Origin: Amoebidium appalachense
Taxonomy: Eukaryota; Protista; Ichthyosporea
Length of the DNA stretch: 64,000 nucleotides
Assembly (NCBI GenBank): GCA_963693365.1
Contig: CAVNZM010000014.1
Coordinates: 1,612,001 to 1,676,000 of the forward strand
Reading direction: 5' to 3'
In this document: in pieces, positions 1-18,055 of the stretch
How the letters are laid out: each line of letters begins with the position of its first letter
How positions within the stretch are numbered: the first letter of the stretch is position 1
Position numbers and translations under genes: made by a program
The notes under the pieces: generated by a model
The model's input: only the letters and a program-made list of their open reading frames with translations
Told to the model about the DNA's origin: nothing
Database searches by the model: none

Positions 1-444
1 CTGTCTCTATCCCCCTCTCTGTCTCTGTCCCTCTCTCCGTCTCTGTCTCTGTCTCTGTCTCTCCCCCTGTGCCTGTCTCTGTCATCATGCCTCCCCCCCT
101 TCCTTTCATCATCGCTCTTTCCGCTCTGTAACATCCGCAGCCTCGACGGGTGAATAAACCCAGCTGTCATATCGGAATCGCTTGCACTCCCCTCCGATTT
201 TCCACCCGTATTTTGCGGTAAAACAATCGGTGCGGGATTCACAAAAGAAGAAGAAACGGTGGTAGGGGCCGGGTTAACCTTAGGTAATGGGTTGATCGCG
301 GGTGCTGGATCGATTTGTTTCGGCAATTGTTCGTGCTGTTTTGGTTGTTCTGGTGCGGTGGGTTTCGTTGGCGGTGGTGCCGCTGCGTGGTGAGGGGAGT
401 GTCAGGACACACATGAGAGCCAGGAATTAGTGGTAGTCTTTTTT

Positions 445-502
<58 letters not shown>

Positions 503-2881
503 TACACAGCGAAATAAGGCCTGGTTGGATGGGTGGGTGAATGTGCTGGGTGGGTGGGAGGCCCAGATGAGAGTTCCGCTGGAAAAGGGGGGGGGGGGGG
601 TTTGAATGCGGAACACGATGAGAAGCATGGTGCAGGACACGTGCAAAGGCAAACATTCAAGTATGCAACATCAGCCATGCGCACAGTATGCGTCATAAGC
701 AGAGCCCATCCTCAGGGAGGGCCCAAGTCATCAATTGCGTCTGAGTTTCGACCCCTTAGCCCGCGTATATACGACTCTCCAACTCAGACAGCAGCATCAA
801 CTGAACTTGGGAGGGTCAACCCGTCTTGATCAAAGACGAGCAGGGTTGCTTATGCAAGCAAGGTGAGCAAAACGGTGAAGATGTGTGTGCAAACTAAAGC
901 ATTGCAGCGAAAAAATGCGTATGTGCTTACAGATGCACGATACAGAGCAACCATGCCCGGTTGCATGGAAGTAAAGCGGTCGGGGGGGGGGGGGGGGGGG
1001 GGGGGGGGGGCTCTGAAAACGGTATACAGAGGGAGCATAAAGACGCATCCCAGGACACTGGTGCCGACCAAACGATTGTGCAAAAAGAAATAAACACGCA
1101 TCGGATACACTACACAGCGGAGTCCTCGCTGTGGTGAGGTGGAGGGAAGAGGGGGGGGGGGGGGGGGACCAAAGAACGTACCAGAATAACTAAACAAAGT
1201 CAGGACAGGAGAGGGACAGGAGGTGGGGGGAGGGGGGGAGGGGAATAAGAAAAAATCAGAGGGGAAGGGGAGGGGGGGGGGGGGGGGGGGGGGGGGGAAT
1301 AGCAGTACCTGCTGCCGGTGCCGGGTCTGCTGCTGCTGCCTCTGGGGGTGTCCACTTGACCTGGTTGGTCACATAGTTCCAATAGTATGGATAGCCCCTG
1401 TCCGAAACATGAGATGGGGTTTGCAGATGCTCACAAATAAAAAAGAAAAAAGAGAAGAGAAAGAGGAAAAACTGAAAGAACCCCCCCCCCCCCCCCCTCC
1501 CCTCCCTCCGTCCCCCCAAAAAGAAGATAAAGAAGAGAAAAAACCAAATCTCCTATACAATTAATGCCACGCTTCACATCAGAGAGTGGAAGGAAAAAGG
1601 TGTTTAGACCGTAACCCCACAAGAAACCATCTAAGTGGAATCTTTTCCAAGACCGGACCTTGTGATGTAACACATTGTTCGCATATTGCCGACAACCAGA
1701 CAAGCTAAGACCGTTTTGTTTATTGGAAAACCAGTCCATGGGTTTCGGCTCCCCCCCCAAAAAAAACACCCAGAAACACTCTAAAAAAGATGTTTAAACC
1801 GCAAAACGAGTTAAATATCTAATGTATGTGGCCATGGAACAAACAATCACGGCTGTGGGATGAAACACGATTAGAAGGGCCACTCAACCCCGCTAGAAGG
1901 AAGAGTTCCCGCCACAGGTTGACAACATGGGTAGAAGGCGGGCGAGGTCTTCTGAACTAAACGGTGGTTGCCCGGGAGCAGTAAGAGGACGGGTAAGAAG
2001 AAGGAAAGGAAGGCGGGAGAGTCGAAGGATCTACAGCTCAACCCAGCCAAACGATGACACCAGCAAGCGAGGTTACAATCAGCCAACTATTCTTGATATA
2101 TATATATGGGGGGGGGGGGGGGAGAGGGGGGGGGAAGGAGGGGGGCAGGGGAGGGAGCGGGGAGGGAGGGAGAGGGGGAAAGGGGGGGAGGGGGGGGGGG
2201 GGGGGGGGGGGGGTGGGTGGATTACGTTTTTTCATCAACAACTTTCTGCCAACCGGGAGGAAGTGGTGCTTCGGCCGCTGCAGTGGTCTGTGGCTAAAGT
2301 GCGATTAGACCAAGGATTGAAAGTTGAGGTCATCAACTTTACTAGTAAAAGATAGGGGATGGGGAGGAAGGGGAAAGGGGAACGGGGAAAGGGTAAGGAG
2401 GAGGAGGAGAAAACGGTAAGGGAGAGGGGAGGGGGAGAGAAGAAGAGGGCGACGGGGGGGCTGGGGGAAAACAGGAAGGGGGAGGGGGGAGGGGGAGAGA
2501 AGGGGGGAGGAAGGGGGGGGAGGGAGGGGGGGGGGGGGGAGGAACAGAGACAGAGAGTAGAGGAGTAGAGGGAGGGGGAGAGAGAGAGAGAGTGTGTGTG
2601 TGTGTGTGTGTGTGTCACCTCAGCAACTAGCACACAATCGGAAGAAGGGGAGAAACAGCGAAGAACCATCCAAAATTGAACTTTTATCTCGGCGGACGAT
2701 TCATTCGATTCTCGGTATAGAAAAGAGAGATTTGCAAAAAGGGAAGGAGAGCGGGGGGTTGTGGTATTCCAACCTTTGCTGCCGGGGTTTCCTTCGGGGT
2801 TTCGGTCTTTGCCTCGTTCCCCTTCAATATGCCCCTTTTGGCCAGCCTTGCGGCCAGAGCCGGGGGTAGAGACTTTGACAT
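1..2881 (-). CDS. PQBP1: Polyglutamine-binding protein 1-like WW-domain protein, 5' part (exons 2881-2774, 2293-2226, 1397-1309, 382-<1)
   Basis: ATG at 2881 gives MSKSLPPALAARLAKRGILK, matching the PQBP1 N-terminal signature. Phase-compatible GT-AG introns rebuild a WW domain LPPGWQKVVDEKTGYPYYWNYVTNQVKWTPP. The last visible exon encodes an RD/DR-repeat tract (HDDRDRHRGRDRDRDRD) as in PQBP1. The C-terminus lies beyond the window. Confidence 0.85.
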
Positions 2882-3269
2882 CTCCCACTCATATAAACTG
2901 CTACACTTGTATAAGGTTGCAAGGAGGTAAACACAACCGAGTTAGTTGCAATGGCCTGAAAAAAGTGAAAGGGAAAAAGGGAAAAAGTGAAATCGTCTGG
3001 TTCGCGCCACTATGTAGCCTACAAAAGTAGACCCTCGCTTGCCTTAATAATTCAATTATTGTGGGCTCAAAACTCTGTCATTACGGAGTAGTCTGAGCAC
3101 TCTCAATACAAACGTGACCTCGTGAAGAGCATCTGAAAAATTGTCTAGACAACATAATAGATTATAAAGAACACAAAACTTTATGATTATAGAATTCTTA
3201 TAAAGAAGCTTCAAAGTAAATTCATAGAAAGCGTAGAAGTTTAGGGAAATCACAGGAATTTCATAGAAA
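2882..3269. promoter_or_regulatory. Probable bidirectional promoter between PQBP1-like and POP7
   Basis: 388 bp of AT-richer, repeat-free sequence between two divergent start codons (2881 minus, 3270 plus). Inferred from gene arrangement only. Confidence 0.5.
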
Positions 3270-7561
<4,292 letters not shown>

Positions 7562-8139
7562 AAAAAGGAAAAATACCGGTTTGTGCGTGTAGTACCATTT
7601 TTTTTTCCTGTTAATGTGTGACTAATCGTGATGGTAAGAGTCGCCCTGATGCTGTTGGTTTATTAATGGTAGGGTTTGTTAGAAATAATTGTCTGGATCG
7701 ACAGTATATCATCTTGTTTGCTGTTTTTTGGTTGGTTTCTGTTCTCGCTTAGCCCATTAATAGATGCATGTTGATCAAATGAGAGATTCAAATCCCGGCC
7801 GTTGTTATATATAATGACCGTGCATGAATGTTAGAGTAGACTGAGTCACAGCTTATTCCTAAATTCAATGGATTGAATATGGAGATCATGAGATCGTACG
7901 TGATGTGTTCTGATCGGAATGAATCGTTTTTCTGCACGACCAATAAAACAGCACGACTATGTTTTGGATTTGTGTGAATTGCATTTATAATAGCTTCCAA
8001 GATTTGAGGGTGAGAGATTTGATTTGACTCTTAAGCCAGATACTATAAGTACTAAAAGTACTATACTATAAATACTATAAGTCGTTTCATTCCGTTTGTG
8101 CGGGTTCTCAGATCAATAAGTTGTGTGGGTGTGCTTTTT

Positions 8140-8173
<34 letters not shown>

Positions 8174-8804
8174 TACGAATGAAGCCCTGGGTTACGTATA
8201 GGGAGTTTGCTTTGCATAAACCGCAAACAAGCACAGCATTTCATAAAAGAGTCTCCAGAATAAAAAAAATAAACCCACAAACAGCGACCCTATGTATGCC
8301 TGGTCCAATATGTGGGGGGGGGGGGGGGGGTTGCTGCCCCTCCCACGGGCTATAGAAGCCTGACGGCCCTACATATATGTCGCTCGAGGTTAAATTGGGC
8401 CGGGCCCCCCTGTTTTTACGTCATGCGGTAATGTCTCAATCAGGTGCAAGGGGGCTTCTGTCGTATGAACCATTGTGAGATCACTGTTTTCATTGGACAC
8501 TTTTGGACAGTTCACCCAAATGCATTTATCTGCAGAATAACGTCCGTAATAAGTAAAATGAGGTCACACGCCGAGGTGGAGGTCTGTGCTGGTACCATCG
8601 AAACTTAAGGTCCCCCTCTCCCCGCTCGGCCCTCCCCCTTCCTCCAAGGCCCCCCCCCCCCCCCCCCCCCCCGGCTCCCCTTAGTGGGCCGTTAATAGCC
8701 CAAGGGGAGCTCACTCTGCAGTACTCTGAGATGTGTCTGTGTGTGCATGTTCGCTGCATGAGTGGCAACCATTCTAGGTCTTTCCCGGACCTTCCGCTAC
8801 GTAT

Positions 8805-8836
<32 letters not shown>

Positions 8837-9613
8837 CCCTCTCCCCCAACACATCCCCCCCGGCCCTCCCTTCCCCCTCCAAACACACTCACACGCACAC
8901 ATATACACATGGACACGCCTACACACAACACATACATGTACATGTACATTTACATGTACACCCACATGCAGTGCATGCTCGCGGCAACCCCAGCCCCCCC
9001 CCCCCCCCCCCCCCCCCCCCCGGCCCCCCTCCCCCCCCGTTTGAACCCACGTACAAAAAAAAAAAAAAAAAAAAAAACACATGGGCCAACACACACCACC
9101 CTGCTACACTTAATCTACACAATTTCTGCATACACATGATATAGCGGTGCACACACGTGTCACACTGTGTGACACAAATTTTGTGCTTAGTACAAGCATG
9201 CCAGCACATGTACATGTCATGGTCTCATACAAAAATTGCTGCCCAGCCAGTGAGCTTATAGTAGATCTGCAAGTATGTATGCATTTGCCGCGGTGGGTAA
9301 TGTTTTTAGAACCATAAGCACAGGGGAAAAAAGAGGACCTCCCAATGCGGCAGTGGCTGAAGCTCAAGAGAGAGAGGGAGGGAAGGGGGGGGGAAGGGTG
9401 GGGGGGGGGGGGGGGGGGGGGAGGGGGCGGAGGGACATAATAGGCAGCGGGAATTGAACCGAAAGAAACATCATTTTAAGGGGTTTCGGAAAAAACTAAA
9501 CTGCTTGCATCTCCTATAATTAATTTGCAACACTTGAATTGGCAGTACAGATGATATGCCCCCCCCCCCCCCCCCCTCCCCTCCGTCCCCCCCCCCCCCC
9601 CCCCCTCCCCTCC

Positions 9614-9646
<33 letters not shown>

Positions 9647-10232
9647 AAAAGAAAAAAGGTGCCACGGGAAACTAATATATAAAAAGCTTTCATGAATTAG
9701 TGAAATCGTATACACCGTGGTAAATATGTACGCACAATGGCGCACACACGCATGCAAAGCCTTTAATTTGTGACAGACACACACGGCGTCGCGTGCCGCA
9801 CAGACACAGAGACATGCCAAATACGAAAATTCAACCGTAGGACTTCTAAACCTTCCTGTACTCCGTGGCTCAGCTATGGCGGTTCACCAACCACTAAGGG
9901 TACCATTACGCACCCAGATGCGCCGCAGTATGACATAACAAGCACTAAAACATCTCTTTTTACTCGGCACAGATAGCATAATCTCGCCACATTGAACAAT
10001 TAATACGGTACAACATACTAACACACATGATGGTTATATACCGTCCTAGTACTGACACCTGATCAGCGGTGGTTTACTACGTTTATGTACTGCGCATGCA
10101 TATCTGATCAAGCAACAACAAGCAGGCATAGATCATAGTATACATATCATTTAGTAACACATGATACGTACGGTATTGGCATCAAGCACCTTCGAGCTAT
10201 TTTTAGTCACGAAGAGCTATTCTTAGACATTG

Positions 10233-11723
10233 CTAATCCAAAAGCGGCTGTTTCTGAGATGGGTGGCAACCAGCCACAACACTAACTCCCTTTTCACAAT
10301 CCGATGGTGTTTTCTCTTTCGATTTCCGTGTTGTTCTATTCGTCGACTGGAAAGCGACATTATAATCCGGGGTGGATATATCGCTAAGCTGCTTAGGCCC
10401 GGACTGTTGCGCCGAATTTCCTTGTTGGCTAGGCTCGAGAATCGTTGAATAGGCGACTATAGTAGCAACCGCATCACATAAGTACGTAATCACCACCGTT
10501 CGGTAGATTGAAGACGTCAGCATAACCGCAAACATGTGTCCGGAATAAACGATTCCCAGCGCCACCGCCACCATCGTGACGAACGCGAGACCCAAAAAAA
10601 TACGTAAATTGTTGTGGTAGTCCATAAATCGCAAATCCACCTGAACCCCGTCCATCCCTCGCGTGTAGAGAAGACCCCAGACTGGAAATATTAACGCAGG
10701 GACCATCATACCGAAATCTAACATGATGTGCATGTGATCTAAATCCATATCGTAGAGAAAAACCCACATCCAGAAGCCTGTAAACGCAAGCACGCCAATC
10801 CCAAGAACGACAGGGACGGGTTTGTGGTATTCATTCTTGCCGAGAACGCGTATGCTGTGCGACCGAAACATCAAACCGACGATTCTCTGCCGTTTAAACG
10901 CACAGGATATACCAAACATTAATGTAACACACATTAACCCTCCAAACAAGAGAAACCGCACCTTAAACGCCTCTTTTGAAGCCATGGCTGCTTCCATCGT
11001 TCCTAACGTCTCCACGTCCAAAAAATCGACGGACCCCCCCACCGTCCCCGTGAAATTTCCGAGGAAAAGCGTCATTGCCACGAGCCCGGAGATGTTAGAG
11101 ATAACATAATCGTTGATAAAAAACCAACCACGCGCCCGGATAGCCGGTTTTTCGCGCATAACATAGCAAGCGACCCATGCCGCAAGCACGAATACCACAC
11201 AACCCGTGTTCAACCAAAAATTCAACCAAAAAACCCAATGATCCCCTTTCCGGTGTTCGTCGTATACTTCGATCGACTCTCGTTTCCCTTTTAGAAGTAT
11301 CTGTAGGTAACCCAGTTTTGCCGCGGTGTTGGTTGTCGTTTTGAGCGCGTTGTCGGCTTCTACCATTTTGCTTATTATAGGCTCCATGTACCAATAGCAC
11401 GGATATGGATAACGTATCTCCGAGATCGCCAACATTACCGTTTCGACTGCGATGGCAAAGGCAAAACAAACGAAAAATGCCGTCCATGTAACTACATAGT
11501 ATCGATGTACATGCGGGTTGCTAGGCTTTTTGGGTGTGGTTATGGGTCTTTTTCCTTCGTTCGGCGGCACCACCGGGGTTGTTGTACGCACGGATGTGAT
11601 GATGCTGTGAAGAGGGTCCGGTTTCTTGGGTGCTGTTGGCCTGTGAAAAAAACATATGGTAAGTATCCGTGGGGGAGAACCATAATTTGTGTTATACTTA
11701 ACGACGCAACTATCACACACCAT
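10233..11723 (-). CDS. Intronless multi-pass membrane protein (~8 TM helices), family unknown
   Basis: 496-aa ATG-initiated ORF of complex sequence with about 8 hydrophobic segments and a PCYW motif after TM1. It has no poly-C/CA tracts, unlike neighbouring host genes. Confidence 0.75.
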   Translation of the reverse strand: MVCDSCVVKYNTNYGSPPRILTICFFHRPTAPKKPDPLHSIITSVRTTTPVVPPNEGKRPITTPKKPSNPHVHRYYVVTWTAFFVCFAFAIAVETVMLAISEIRYPYPCYWYMEPIISKMVEADNALKTTTNTAAKLGYLQILLKGKRESIEVYDEHRKGDHWVFWLNFWLNTGCVVFVLAAWVACYVMREKPAIRARGWFFINDYVISNISGLVAMTLFLGNFTGTVGGSVDFLDVETLGTMEAAMASKEAFKVRFLLFGGLMCVTLMFGISCAFKRQRIVGLMFRSHSIRVLGKNEYHKPVPVVLGIGVLAFTGFWMWVFLYDMDLDHMHIMLDFGMMVPALIFPVWGLLYTRGMDGVQVDLRFMDYHNNLRIFLGLAFVTMVAVALGIVYSGHMFAVMLTSSIYRTVVITYLCDAVATIVAYSTILEPSQQGNSAQQSGPKQLSDISTPDYNVAFQSTNRTTRKSKEKTPSDCEKGVSVVAGCHPSQKQPLLD

Positions 11724-11739
11724 GTGGTTTTAAAGTTGC

Positions 11740-11977
11740 TGCATGTGTGTTTGTGTGTGTGTGTGTGTATGTGTGTGTGTGTGTCGGGACTAGCACAAGC
11801 AGCGCGTGCATCATTGGTCATGTGTGCGAGTGTGTAGGTACGCGGCATCATCTAATGTTAGGCCATGTACATGAAAATATCTAGCATCTGAGTAGCCCTG
11901 TGTGTATTTGTGAGGTGTGACCGTGTGCATGGACAGCGCATGAGAGGATTGTGTGGGGGGTAAGTGCCGCGCCATCG

Positions 11978-12018
<41 letters not shown>

Positions 12019-12376
12019 GTGTGTATGTGTGTGCCTCGTGTGTGCCACGGGTGTGTGTGCGCCTGTGCATGTGTGTGTGCACGCGCGTGCGTGCATGTGT
12101 GTGTGTGTGCGCGCGCTTGTACGTGTGTTTCTTTTTTTGTGTGGTTGTATCCGTCACGCGTGTGCTTATGTGTGTTTGTGCGTGTGCGTCTTTGTGGTAT
12201 GTGCGTGTGCGTGTGTGTGTGTTTATTTTAACCCGTGTGTTCCCTGGAGGAACCCCTTAGGGGTCATAAGGACTCCTGTCTTCCACTACGGTACTGTAAT
12301 CACTGACTGCACCTCAAGGTTTTTGGCCCAGCCTTGAAGCGGGTAATAGTATGTGTGTAGGTGTGTGTGTGTGTGC

Positions 12377-12415
<39 letters not shown>

Positions 12416-12448
12416 GGCGCACGGGCGGGGGTGCGTGCGTGTGTGTGC

Positions 12449-12486
<38 letters not shown>

Positions 12487-13133
12487 TTGTGCCTGTGTTT
12501 GTGCGCGCGCACTCGCCTGCGCGCGCATGTGTGTGTGTGTGTGTGTGTGTGCGCGTGTGTGTGTGTGGTTGTGCCTGTGTTTGTGCCTGTATGTGTGTGT
12601 GTGCGTGTGTGTTTGCACGCACTCGAGCGCGTGCGCTGTGTGTACCCCGTCACGGTGTGTGTGTGTGGGTGTGTAATGTATGTATGTGTCCTTCGGGTTC
12701 CGGGGGGGGGGGGGGGGGGGGGGGGTGTAACTGAATACATGCTGTGGTTTTGTGCGTGCGGGGTGCGTGTGCTGGTGTGTGTCTACGAATGTGTGGCTTC
12801 CGCTTTATGCTGTTTGTCTCTTCATTATTTGATCGCCGGAGCCATTGTACTGCGTAAGCCTGCTTATGCTACACTAAGTGTCTCCGGACCCGGTGTGTGT
12901 GTGCTTGTGTGTTTACCAGTTTTGAGTGTGCGAAGCGAGTGTCTGTGTGAGAAGGAGAGTGTGTGTGTGTGTACATGCGTGCGTACGTGCACTTGTGTGT
13001 GTGTGTGTGGGTTGTCCCGTTGTGTTGTGAACGTGTTCGTGTTTTGCTTGTATATACTGTACGGTGTGCGGTGCATGCGCACACGTGTGCATGTGTGTGT
13101 GACGGTGTGCATGTGTGCATGTGTGCATGTGTG

Positions 13134-13207
<74 letters not shown>

Positions 13208-13261
13208 CGCGCGCGTGTGCGGGGGCGCGTGTGTGTTTGTGTTTGTGTGCGTGTGCGTGCA

Positions 13262-13345
<84 letters not shown>

Positions 13346-13798
13346 GGCGCGGGCGCGCGCGCCACCGTGAGGGTGTGTGCATGTGTGTCAGTGTGTGTGC
13401 TTGTGTGTGTGTGTGTCTGTGTGTGTGCATGTGTATGTGTGTGTGTGTGTGTGTGCATGTGTGCATGTGTGTGTGTGTGTGTGCACGTATGCGTGTGTGC
13501 GTGTGTATGTATTTGTGTGTGCGAAGAGCGCGTGCGGGCGTGTGTGTGCACGCGACCGTGACGGTGTGTGTGTGTGTATGGATAGTCAATGCCAGTGTTT
13601 GTGTGTATGTGTGTGCGCGCGCACCGGTGTCGGCTCGTGTGCGTGTGTGTGTGTGCGCGCGCGCTGTACTACGGTGTGTGTGTGTATGTGTGTGTGTGTG
13701 TGTCTACTGGAGTGCTTGTGTGCCATATTGAATGTAACTAACACGCTGTGTGATGTGTGAAGGTTTGTGTGCCGCGTCACGTGCCGATGTGTGTGTGT

Positions 13799-13858
<60 letters not shown>

Positions 13859-13940
13859 GCACGTCTGTGTGCGTGTGTGTGTTTGTCCCTGTGTGTGTGA
13901 CATGTGCGCCGTGACATGTGCCAATGTGTGTCACTGTGCG
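11740..13940. repeat. Degenerate (TG)n/(CG)n-rich low-complexity tract
   Basis: About 2.2 kb of interrupted TG runs with TGCA/CGCG variants. It produces the spurious Cys/Val and His/Thr ORFs. Confidence 0.9.
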
Positions 13941-15181
13941 TGATTGCAGTCGTTGTGTTGTACCCTAGATGTACAAGCTAATATATATATACTCAAAGTT
14001 CAAATAAAAAAAGAGAAACAAAAAAATGGTGTGGTGGTCTTACCTCGAAGATGGGGAGATTCTGAGGCCATCCAAGAGCTCTTGCTCGGGACTGTCGCAC
14101 GTATTTGCGGAGGCCATCTTAGCAGCTGCGCAGGTTGCAGCCTCGGACAGGTCGAAAATTCGCTTTCCGTTTTCTCTTTTACTCAAAGCCTAAAAAAGCT
14201 AGCAGTACGGTCGCCGTTAGGACCTTCAAGAGCAACATACCAGTTTCTTTACCCCTGTCTTAGACATGGTGCTGCTGTCGGATATGGCGTGTTGCATGTG
14301 GTGAAAAATTTTGTAAAAAAATGGTGCCGGGTGAGTCACGTCTCGGTACGTTATGTCGCAAGAAGTGCAAAAAAAAGTTGAAGTTGCTGTTACAGTATAC
14401 TAGTGGTGCCGTAAGTTGCTCAACATCCCAACATCTCAGAGCCCTTATATATGCATCTGTACCTGTCACACAATGTATAGTATTCCATGGGGCAGGGCAA
14501 AAATATTTTTTAGCACGCAGTATACTGCAATGATTCGACCAGCTAGTACTAGTAGCCTCGGGGAAAGGGACGGCCCGTGTTATAAAATAATCAAATTGAT
14601 GAGACAAGTGGCAAGGAAGAACTTCATGTGACCATCGACCACCTCCGACTCTGTTTTTTTGGACGCCCCCCGTTGAATTCAGAACTGGGCGACACCGCAT
14701 TCCAGACTGTAAAACTTGAAAAGCGACAATAAAAACATCCAATGGACTAGCTGGATCTAGATAGGAATGTGGGTCGTCAATTGAAGTTTGAACTTTGGAG
14801 TTTGGCGCCGGCCGCTGAGACGGTTAGTAGTCACTCTCTGCGGCTTCTTCTTCTTCTTCTTCTTTTTTTTTTTTATGTTGCCGCAGCGTAGTAAGGCCGG
14901 GCCCGGCCACTTACATACTTGCTACATACTTACAATACGTACACGTAAGGCAGCGGGTACCGTAGCCTTGGCCAAGTGGGACTGAGTTTATTTTATCATG
15001 CACATTCCACAGAAATAATCGCTTCAGAGAGGGGGCCGTCGACTTGCAGGGTTAGACAGTACCCTGAAAATACCCTAAAAAATACCCCACTGCCAGAAAA
15101 AAATACCCCGCCTGGAAGAGACTGGGGTACACTACCCTTCCTGCGTAGGGTACGTGGCCGGATAGTGGAGTGTACATATAG

Positions 15182-15232
<51 letters not shown>

Positions 15233-16970
15233 AAGCACCAGCTGGGGTGGGAATTCGGTGATAGGCTATTATTTTCATGCATGGGATAGTTCGCTCGGTT
15301 ATCCAGCACTCAGCAGTCAAGTAAAATGAATTTTCGCCACCGTAGTGGTAAAATTGGGGAACCTTTTGACATAATCTTAAGGTTTTGGGGGCTTTTTGTT
15401 GACATTAATTTACAATTTTCATCGCCGCTGGTGCCACTTTTGTGCTGAACTTTTTAATCGCAAGCATGTTGATAGGTGTGAGTTTTTATGTCGCGTTTTA
15501 CCTCTTTCCCTACGGGTGTCTGCTACACTAGCTGGCAATGTGAACACTTCAGACTTTTTGTTGAATTCTGTTGGTCGTCACATTGAGTATTTATATCATT
15601 TTCACACAGTGTTCAGGTATCTCAGTATGCACTTGTTACTGGATAACTCGTGAAGTTTTTATTGTCTTCTCTGTATGCCGTGCATACTTGCATATCTTTC
15701 CGTCGAATAAATCCAGCCAAAAGAAGAAAAAAAAGTTACAATGTCATGGCCTTACACCAGTCTGATGGTTATTTTCGTTTTTTTTTTTTTTGGCGCAAAA
15801 CTCCCTCCCTTCAGTCAAAACACAGCCTTCAAGTCAGTTCTCAGGTGACTCAGAGCCGGTTTTTTTTTTAAGTTCTCACGTGTCACGCTTTCATCCGTGT
15901 TGTTTTTGGGCCCTTTCGCTGTAGGTCACTCTCTCCATGGGCAAACACGCGCTTCCTAGGGTAGCCCCTGTGGCTGCCAGCACTCGGCAGCCTGACCATC
16001 GCTTTTCAGATGGGAAGGAGCAGTCGAAGCCTGGCCCTAAAACACTCAAGTTGGGCGATTTTCTTAAACACGCTTGCGGTGGTCAAGGCAAAGAAGGCCA
16101 AGCAGTCTGGTACGGTCGCCACTGAAAAGTCTGTGGGCCAGGAATCGGGTGCTAATATTTCGGTTGCCAAGGAGGTGGCGGAGGTGGTGGAGAAAAATGC
16201 AGCCGTCTCTAACCCCCCGGCCCGGGGGAAGGGGGGGGGGAGGCCTAGGGGGGGGGGGGGGGGGGGGAGGGGGGGGGGGGGGGAACAACGAGAGGGAGTA
16301 ATTACGTTGGAACTGGAAAGAAAGCCCAGTTGCCTGTAGGCGGAGGAGACAGGCAGAGAGAGAGCTGGGAGGGTAGTGAGGGAGGGGTGGGGGTGCACGT
16401 GGGGGGGAGAGGGGGAGGCTTCGGAGAGAAAGAGAGACCGGGAGTCTCAGAGCACCGTGAGAGAGGGGGAGAGAGAGAGACAAAGAGACTCTCGGGGAGA
16501 GAGGGAGAGAGAGAAAGTAGAGAGGAGAAGAGAGAGAGAGAGAGAGAGAAAGAGAGAGGGCGGCGCGCTGCGCACGCCTCAGGCTATTCATTAAAGTTAG
16601 TCAGCAACACAATGTCTCTATCCTGAGATGAACAGGCGATTATAACACCTAAACGAAAGTTAGACTGGCTGTCTCAGGTTATAATGATGCGGGTAGGCGA
16701 GTGTGATATGCGTGCTCAGTGAAAACAAAATCCCTGAGTTTCAAAAGCACCTGTATCAAGTGTGTTTTGGCTTCTGAGGGGCTGCCCGCCGGAGGATATA
16801 TTTACATAGTAGCGGATAGGTATACAAAGGTTTATCTGATCTATCCAAAGTAAGTATATCCTGGAAATACCCCACCTTTCGCGAGGCCAAAATGGATGAC
16901 GTCACAAAACTTCGGAAAATACCCGACTTGAAACCTGCCACCTACTGAGATGGCTCCTTATTTTCCCTTA

Positions 16971-17230
16971 GGGCCTGTTTGGCAACCCGGGTTTAGGGTC
17001 CTAAATCCGGATTACGGGCGATTTTGGGTTTAGCGCTAAATCCAAATCTCAAAATCCAGCCGCTGCCAAACAGACGGCCAGATCCGGTCACGTAAATCTG
17101 GGTTTCAAACCCCTCGGGGCCCGGGTACCATATCAGGAGCGGGCAATTTTTGAATTCTCCCTCCCCGGCCCCGCCGGGGAAAATTTGAGGTTTTTGGACC
17201 TCAAAGAAGTCAAATCCTGCAAAATCCACT
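16971..17230 (+). mobile_element. PIF/Harbinger-type terminus (TTA + GGGCCTGTTTGG) with AAATCC/GGATT subterminal motifs
   Basis: TTA|GGGCCTGTTTGGCAACCCGGG fits the PIF/Harbinger TIR consensus and TWA target site. Related CTGTTTGGCA motifs occur at ~17064 (inverted) and ~30200. The partner TIR was not found in the window. Confidence 0.6.
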
Positions 17231-17994
17231 ACCGGGAGGCCAAAAAGGGTGATTTTACAAAAAAGGAGGGACATACATGAAAAAGAGAAAATGGGCGAGT
17301 TCAGTGGGCTGCCGATAAGTATATTTCGTGCTGGGCCGGTATACATGCTGCCGTGGTTGTTGCTGTAGACGGCAGTATGGCATCGCATGTGTCACGTGAC
17401 CTGCACGTGAATGCGACCATGTGCAGGCACTGAGTCTAGGGGGATTTGTATGTGTGTTTTGGAGCACCGACAAGGCAGAGCCAGGGTGAGGGATGTGTAA
17501 ACATGGAGTTTAGGGAGATCGTGCTGCTATTGTAACATGTGCACAAAACAGCCACGTGCACCGGCACACTCCGGTGTACAGAACAATAATATGCACATGC
17601 GTCACTGTAATATCATGTATGCGCATGCCGCACAAGGTTTAGGAGACCACCACAGTATATACTATTTTCTTTTGGTTGATATCCATGTAGGAATGGTGTG
17701 TTGCAGTTGTCATGATCAGCCTGAGGCAGGCACGTGCACTCACTGAATCACTAGAACTCATGAATAAAAAATACATTCGCTAAAAACGGCAAGGTAAATT
17801 TGGGGCCAAGCTATTATTTCCCCCTTTTAAACGTTTTTTTAGCTCCAAGAACTTCGACGCCAAAATTTCTATATTTGGCCATCGTATATGATAATGAACA
17901 CGTGTACTTAAATTAAAGTAGTTATATAAATATGAGCGGCCCGTTACAAATACAGTGACGAAAAACAGTGACCCACGAGCAGTTTTTCTTTCTA

Positions 17995-18055
<61 letters not shown>

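Noticed and set aside
1871-2086. Possible intronic snoRNA or extra PQBP1 exon
   Set aside because: No convincing C/D or H/ACA boxes, and the WW domain is complete without it.
11858-13934. Cys/Val- and His/Thr-rich ORFs up to 414 aa
   Set aside because: They are artefacts of TG microsatellites; the same applies at 19.1-19.5, 44.0-44.5, 47.0-47.6, 53.6-54.0 and 55.5-55.9 kb.
9733-13936. Transib/RSS-like CACAATG...CACTGTG ends around the membrane gene
   Set aside because: Only a heptamer-level match in CA-rich sequence, with no 5-bp TSD and no extended TIR.
13944-14742. ORFs 13944-14381 and 14260-14742 as genes
   Set aside because: Non-ATG starts and no recognisable motifs. It could be a decayed coding relic, but it cannot be assigned.
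14891-14914. GGCCGGGCCCGGCC palindrome as a Helitron 3' hairpin
   Set aside because: There is no CTRR terminus at the expected distance.
15047-16936. hAT-like MITE with AAATACCC subterminal motifs
   Set aside because: The candidate CAGG ends match poorly and no 8-bp TSD is seen.
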